From NCBI RefSeq assembly GCF_964355755.1, contig NC_092675.1, positions 15,038,912 to 15,102,911 of the forward strand: a DNA stretch of 64,000 bases, read 5' to 3'. Positions 25,543 through 64,000 of this stretch are shown one piece after another. Positions within the stretch are counted from its first letter, which is position 1. The number at the start of each line of letters is the position of its first letter. Both the position numbers and the translations under genes were made by a program. The notes beneath the pieces are model-generated. The model was not told the origin of the DNA. It searched no databases and saw only the letters and a list, made by a program, of their open reading frames with translations. The DNA is from Antedon mediterranea. Taxonomy: Eukaryota; Animalia; Echinodermata.

Positions 25543-27143
25543 CAGTGGTGGCGCCAGGATTTCCCCGACGGGGGGGTGGCCGAATTCCCCGACGGGGGGG
25601 CCGAATTCCCCGACGGGGGCCGTACGCGCGAAAGCGGGGGTGGGTTTGGGAGGGGGTATTCCCCCTCCCGAGCCTCAGAAAATTTTGAAAAAATAGATAC
25701 TTACACACTGTTTAATAGGCTAGAGCAACTGTTTCCATTACATTTAATAACAATGTCACATAATAATGTAAATTTAAATAAATCTTTCCTAAATACTCTA
25801 ATACGGATCTTTTTCGACGAACTAATAATAAACTTTGATCCAAAAATGCCTCGATAGTGCATGTGTTTAGTGTACAACTGTGCTTTGGTGGTCTGTTAAC
25901 CTCAGATATATACCCTATAGCCGGGTGAATAACTCAATGTAATTTAGTACCGTATACAATGATGATTGCCGTAATCGCCGTGTCTATAACACAAATCAAT
26001 AAAATGCCGTTTTTTCGGCCGTGTACATAGAACAAGACATTTCATGTTTATGTTATGCCTATGAAATAATAAAAGAACATCATGTTTATCGTTTTTTTTT
26101 TATCGTTTATACTGCATACCATTATATAAAAAATCTTCATACGCGAGAAAAAAGTTCACGATATTACACTCTACTCTGTACAGGGGTGTAAATATACAGG
26201 TCCACGCTAACGCTTGCACACGGACCAGGGCGGAAAATGGTGTATTTTTGGAGAGTGATGACGTCAGCATTCACACGAGGAGCGAGCTAAGACAACGTGA
26301 TGCTGGTAGTGGGAGTGCATGTGTTTTGAAAATAACTCAGTTGTGGGTATTTTCCGAAGATTTTAAATTGCGTTTTCTTTTTAAACTCTTGAATTCATAA
26401 ATAGTTCTTTCACTATGTAGGCCTATTTACACAACTATAGCTCTAGCCTACTCTTCTTAATTAAAAGAGTCAAGTGCGTCGAATCCGCGTCTAGCGACGG
26501 TCACGGGTTTGGTGCATCTTTTTTTCCCTTTAGAATTAAGGGAGGTGGCTAGCTCACCCACCTACCCTAGATCGAGATTTATGCGCGAAAAGAAACGTGA
26601 CCAGACCCTGTTTTATGGTTCGGGCCAACCGCTTCCTTTTCCCAATCGAACCCCCACCCAAACCCCTTTAATCGACAGCGAACATATACGCGGTACACCA
26701 AGGGTTATTGGTAAATTGAAACAATTCGTAAACTCAACCGTGAGAACATAACTCGTACCTTTATCCCTGTATGAACGTACGTCGATGCGTAGTTGCAAAT
26801 GAATTTTCGATTTTCGTCTGGAATCTGAAAAATACACATTTTGGTCCCTGGATGTAATATGATACAGCCCAGATATGTCGACGCGTATACCGCAGTGAGC
26901 CATGAAAGATTCGTACAAAGAGACCCCGCCAGACAAATGCGTACCACATCATACTGTTTACTTCGCTGTCAGTATATCGTACGTACGTCAAAAATGGAAT
27001 GCCGCAGTTACTTAAAATATATAGTAGTACACTTAATATGGTTTTATTTTTTACCAGAAAAGAAATGATCATATTTTTCTCCCCGACAAATATGGCCAAT
27101 ACTCCCCGACGGGGGGGCCAGCTTTCCCCGACGGGGGGCCCTG
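25543..27143. mobile_element. Related hAT-type non-autonomous element, opposite orientation, second TIR lost
   Basis: Starts CAGTGGTGGCGCCAGGAT; tccccgacggggg subterminal repeats at both ends; internal reverse-complement homology to the 330-bp unit. Confidence 0.75.
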
Positions 27144-29249
27144 AAAAACTATAAATGCGCATCACGAGTATTTCTTCATTTTATATCCCTAGTTTCGCTT
27201 CAGTTTACTCTCTGCAATGGCCCAATTTTTCTTTTTGGTGACCATATTTAATGAGGGTGATCCATCCAGCAATTGCTGATCATTAGGGACCCTCAGAGAG
27301 AGGTTCACAAGACAAACATATACACAAGATTCTCTACATAAACAAAGTCTTATTACAAGTCTTTAGGAGTAAGGTGTAATTTTTTCCTTAGAAAAAATCC
27401 CGACATGTGACGGAACTTGAACCCAGGACCTTTGGTTTTTTAGATCTAATTTAAGGTCACAAACTACATTTAATGTAAAAATAAATACTCTATGGGTCTA
27501 TTGCGATAACCTTTTTCGTCTTTGAACGGTTAAAAGTGTGAAAAAGAAGTCGATTTTAATAATTAAATCGCAACATGCATTGGGCGCGGATTGATATTTC
27601 TGTTTTTCATCTGTGATTCACCTACTTTCGATCGATCGTGAAGGACAAAATAAATTGAAGAATCGTAACTTTTCAGCGAAAATACCGGGTTTCCCGGCAA
27701 AACAGAAAGACAATTAATGTAGCAACTAGACAACATCAGGCTAGGTCTATAGCTAGCGTACGATGTTCATACGTTTCAGATTCAGATTCAGATAACATTT
27801 ATTTAGATAATAATGAATGAACATATACAAAATATAAAAAAGATATTAAGTGAACATAGATAAAGCAGCAGTAATTGGTAGTCATTATTATCATGGATCC
27901 CTGCTAGAAGTTAAAAACTTGTCTCGCAGGGACCCACAACAAAACACATTACTAAAAAAATAAATAAACCTAGAGTATATAATTATATAATTAAGGATAA
28001 AAATTACAGTATAATAACTTAACTAACATCTTCTTTATCAAAATTATTACTGTTGTTTACCAGCTAGGCCTACAAAACTAAGCCTAGCTGGCTTTCCATG
28101 AGAGGACATTCACCGCGAGCTACTTAGGTAGTAGTGCATTGTTTCTCTCTTTTTATCATAAATTACCACGTACATCTAAGACAAGGAGACATGGTTTAAT
28201 GTTTTTAAAGTAATATGCATTATTTTTACAAAACTTTACAAATTGTAGGTAATGAGTCTTGAAGTAAAACAGCATACAGTAGTTTAATATTACTTTTTAA
28301 GACATCCTATAGCTATATAAAACTAGTCTGAACAACTATTACATCCTGTGACCTCAGTGTTTGTATTAAAGGAAATGATGACAGTAATATAATGAAATAG
28401 TCAGTGTAAATACTCCAGGTTATATTAATAATGACACGGCATAATTAAGCCTACTCAAATTCAAGTAATGTTTTTTATATTTCTTATATTTTTGTGTGTG
28501 GATGATGGCCAAGTATGTCATAGATGTATTTCTTGAAACTAATTTGCGTGTGGGTAAACATGTTAAAAACTGAGTTAGGTAGAAATATGAGTAGTATTAT
28601 TGTGGTGGTATAAGGAGTGCATCGATCTTAATAGCGATTTATAAACCTTGCCAGATGCATGCGGATACGATAACAATATTTTCTCTCTGTATACAGTATA
28701 TCATTGAAAACAATTATAAATAACACAAATGATTTGATGGATATCTAAAATCAATTACGTACTTTTTAAAATCACTTTTAAATAGTTGTATATTTATCTT
28801 GTAAATTGTTCAGTATTTTGTATGTCAATCAACCAATTTAGATTATTACTATAATAACAACCTAAACAGTCATTTAGAAATCTTCAATATTGCACAATTG
28901 AACATTGTTTTAAATACCGGTTTCCTTAAGCTTTTCCTGAATAATTCTACTTAATATTTAAAATTAATTAAAAAAAACATCTGTATATTTTTTCTCTATG
29001 TTTCCTTAATTTTCCTTAAAGATATAGGAAGAGGTTATAGCTGCTTGCACCATGATAAGGAAACACAAAATAACAAGTTGGTCAGGTAAACTGATTGGTA
29101 CGACGGAATTACTATTTCCTACTAACTCCGGAAACTGGCTCGTCGTTCCTCCAATGCCTTTGTAGCTTGTCATTAGTCTATAGAACAGAGCACTGTGTGG
29201 TACTAGTTGTTCATCACTCTCGTTATTTTTTATGTTTTAAGGATACATT

Positions 29250-62355
<33,106 letters not shown>

Positions 62356-64000
62356 GTAAATTAAAGATACATTCAATACTCTTCCACAAGTAATTAAGAA
62401 TGTCAACTCTATTGTATAATTTTTTCTATATTATTATACTGAAAGGACAGTTCAATTTTGAATAAGCTACTTTTTGGAAAAGTTATAACTCAAAAGTACT
62501 TGAATGAAGTTACGTTTTGTTGCGGGCGGATAACCAAACTCGTCATTCTGACTTAAAATAACGCTATACGAGCACATTAAAAATGATTTTGATGACGTTG
62601 TCACGAGTACAAATTTGAATAACGTAGGTCGTGTAATAATTTTAGGTATACAGTATATACTGTACATATTGTATAATGGCATATATTAGGCACAACTCAG
62701 CACTATAAGCCTATAGGATGGCATACATCAACGTTTTTCGATCGTATGTTAACGTACGTGCATTTAAAAAAAATTAATTTCAGCACAATTATAAGAACGT
62801 TCACCTATAATTCGTCATGTAACAATTATCTCAATATCTTTCAAACAACCTAATCTAATCCTAATAAGCTTTTCAGCTTGATCACTCATCTGTGACATCA
62901 TTTATACGCCATTTCATAAAATCACATTATCAATCATACCTCCTTAACTTGTCATAAAAAGCTCAAAATTAAGTTTTGGTCAATTTAGAGAATGATTTAA
63001 GCCATTTGCGTGTTTCTAAACATTACTAATACGAATGTTTTGTATAAATCGCATTCTACTCAAAAAAGTACATTCACTTAATTTGAGTCCATTCCGACTT
63101 AAAATAACGCTATACGAGCACATTAAAAATGACAAAATGCGCACATTAATTGCACAAAAGTGTTGAAATGGTAAAAAAATAAGGCATTATTAAAATGAAA
63201 ATAATTCTTCAGGATGCACGATGAACCCCAATTGTTTAAACTTATTTAGAAAGCCATTGAGTGGTAGATATAAATGCATGTAAACATTTGACGTAAACAA
63301 TTGACGTCATTAAATGGCCACTTGAATTAAAAAATTAGGTTTTTTTTTTCTCTTTCGTCATAGATTATCACATTCAACAGAGGGCATCTCGGTTATTTTG
63401 TTCCCAATTTTCGCTTAAATTTTAGTATGTGATTGCTCAATTAATTGACTTTCTCATGAGTTGCCACCATTTTCATTTATTCAAGTTTTAAAAACTTGAA
63501 TAACGTAGGTCGTGTAATTTCACCTTCGCTGTATATTTGAATATCTTACAGTTCTTCATAATTGAAGGTTACCTTGATGATTATAATTTATTATGAAAGC
63601 TGATGAAATGTAGATATGAATCCTTATAAAAATTAAGTCTATTGTAATCATATGGCCAGTTCAAGATAAAAAGTAGTTTTTACAATTTTTTAGTCGAAGT
63701 TATACAAATTTTCAAAGAGCGCGCACCGCTCTTCTACGTGCCATATTTTCTTCCAAATCTTATATTTATTAATATTTATTATTCATTACCTTACCGAAAT
63801 TGTGATTTCTTTTTAAAGTAAATGTCAGTAAAATTATAAAATGATCACCTATAATTCATCAGTAACGAATTAAATTCTAGTTAGTATTATAGTATTCCAC
63901 TAAATAATGAAAGATGAAGAGTTATCCAAACAGAATTAAAGAAACCGCCAGAAATTTAATTTTAAGAGTCTATGCTCGTGAAGCAGACTTGAGTTTCAAC

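Noticed and set aside
25388-27165. Several GC-rich ORFs
   Set aside because: They arise from subterminal repeats of a non-autonomous hAT-type element; no transposase motifs.

Overview
AT-rich animal genomic DNA, probably an invertebrate deuterostome such as an echinoderm (inferred from the Tie-family genes and Deu/Nin-domain SINEs). It holds two tandem, same-strand Tie/TEK-family receptor genes reconstructed by hand from GT-AG sites and exon phases. Gene 1 (1164-15055, 20 coding exons, ~1051 aa) is complete: signal peptide, 2 Ig, 3 FN3, an RPTP-type membrane-proximal FN3-like domain, TM and an intact tyrosine kinase, with no EGF repeats. Gene 2 (29250 to beyond 62355, 15 exons and ~1013 aa in the window) is a Tie-type ectodomain: SP, Ig-Ig, 3 EGF, Ig-Ig, 4 FN3, TM; its cytoplasmic part is outside the window. 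Introns and intergenic DNA are full of nested mobile elements: hAT-, MULE- and Harbinger-type MITEs, non-autonomous Helitrons, a DINE-1/HINE-like element, decayed LINEs and Deu-SINEs. The most unusual region is a (TA)n microsatellite 'landing pad' in an 11-kb intron of gene 2 (48.4-59.6 kb). It contains three near-identical Penelope-like retroelement copies in inverted arrangement and four of the window's five minimal hammerhead ribozymes (the fifth is at 44.4 kb). It also contains two families of short elements with an internal tRNA-like cloverleaf that share the Penelope insertion geometry.
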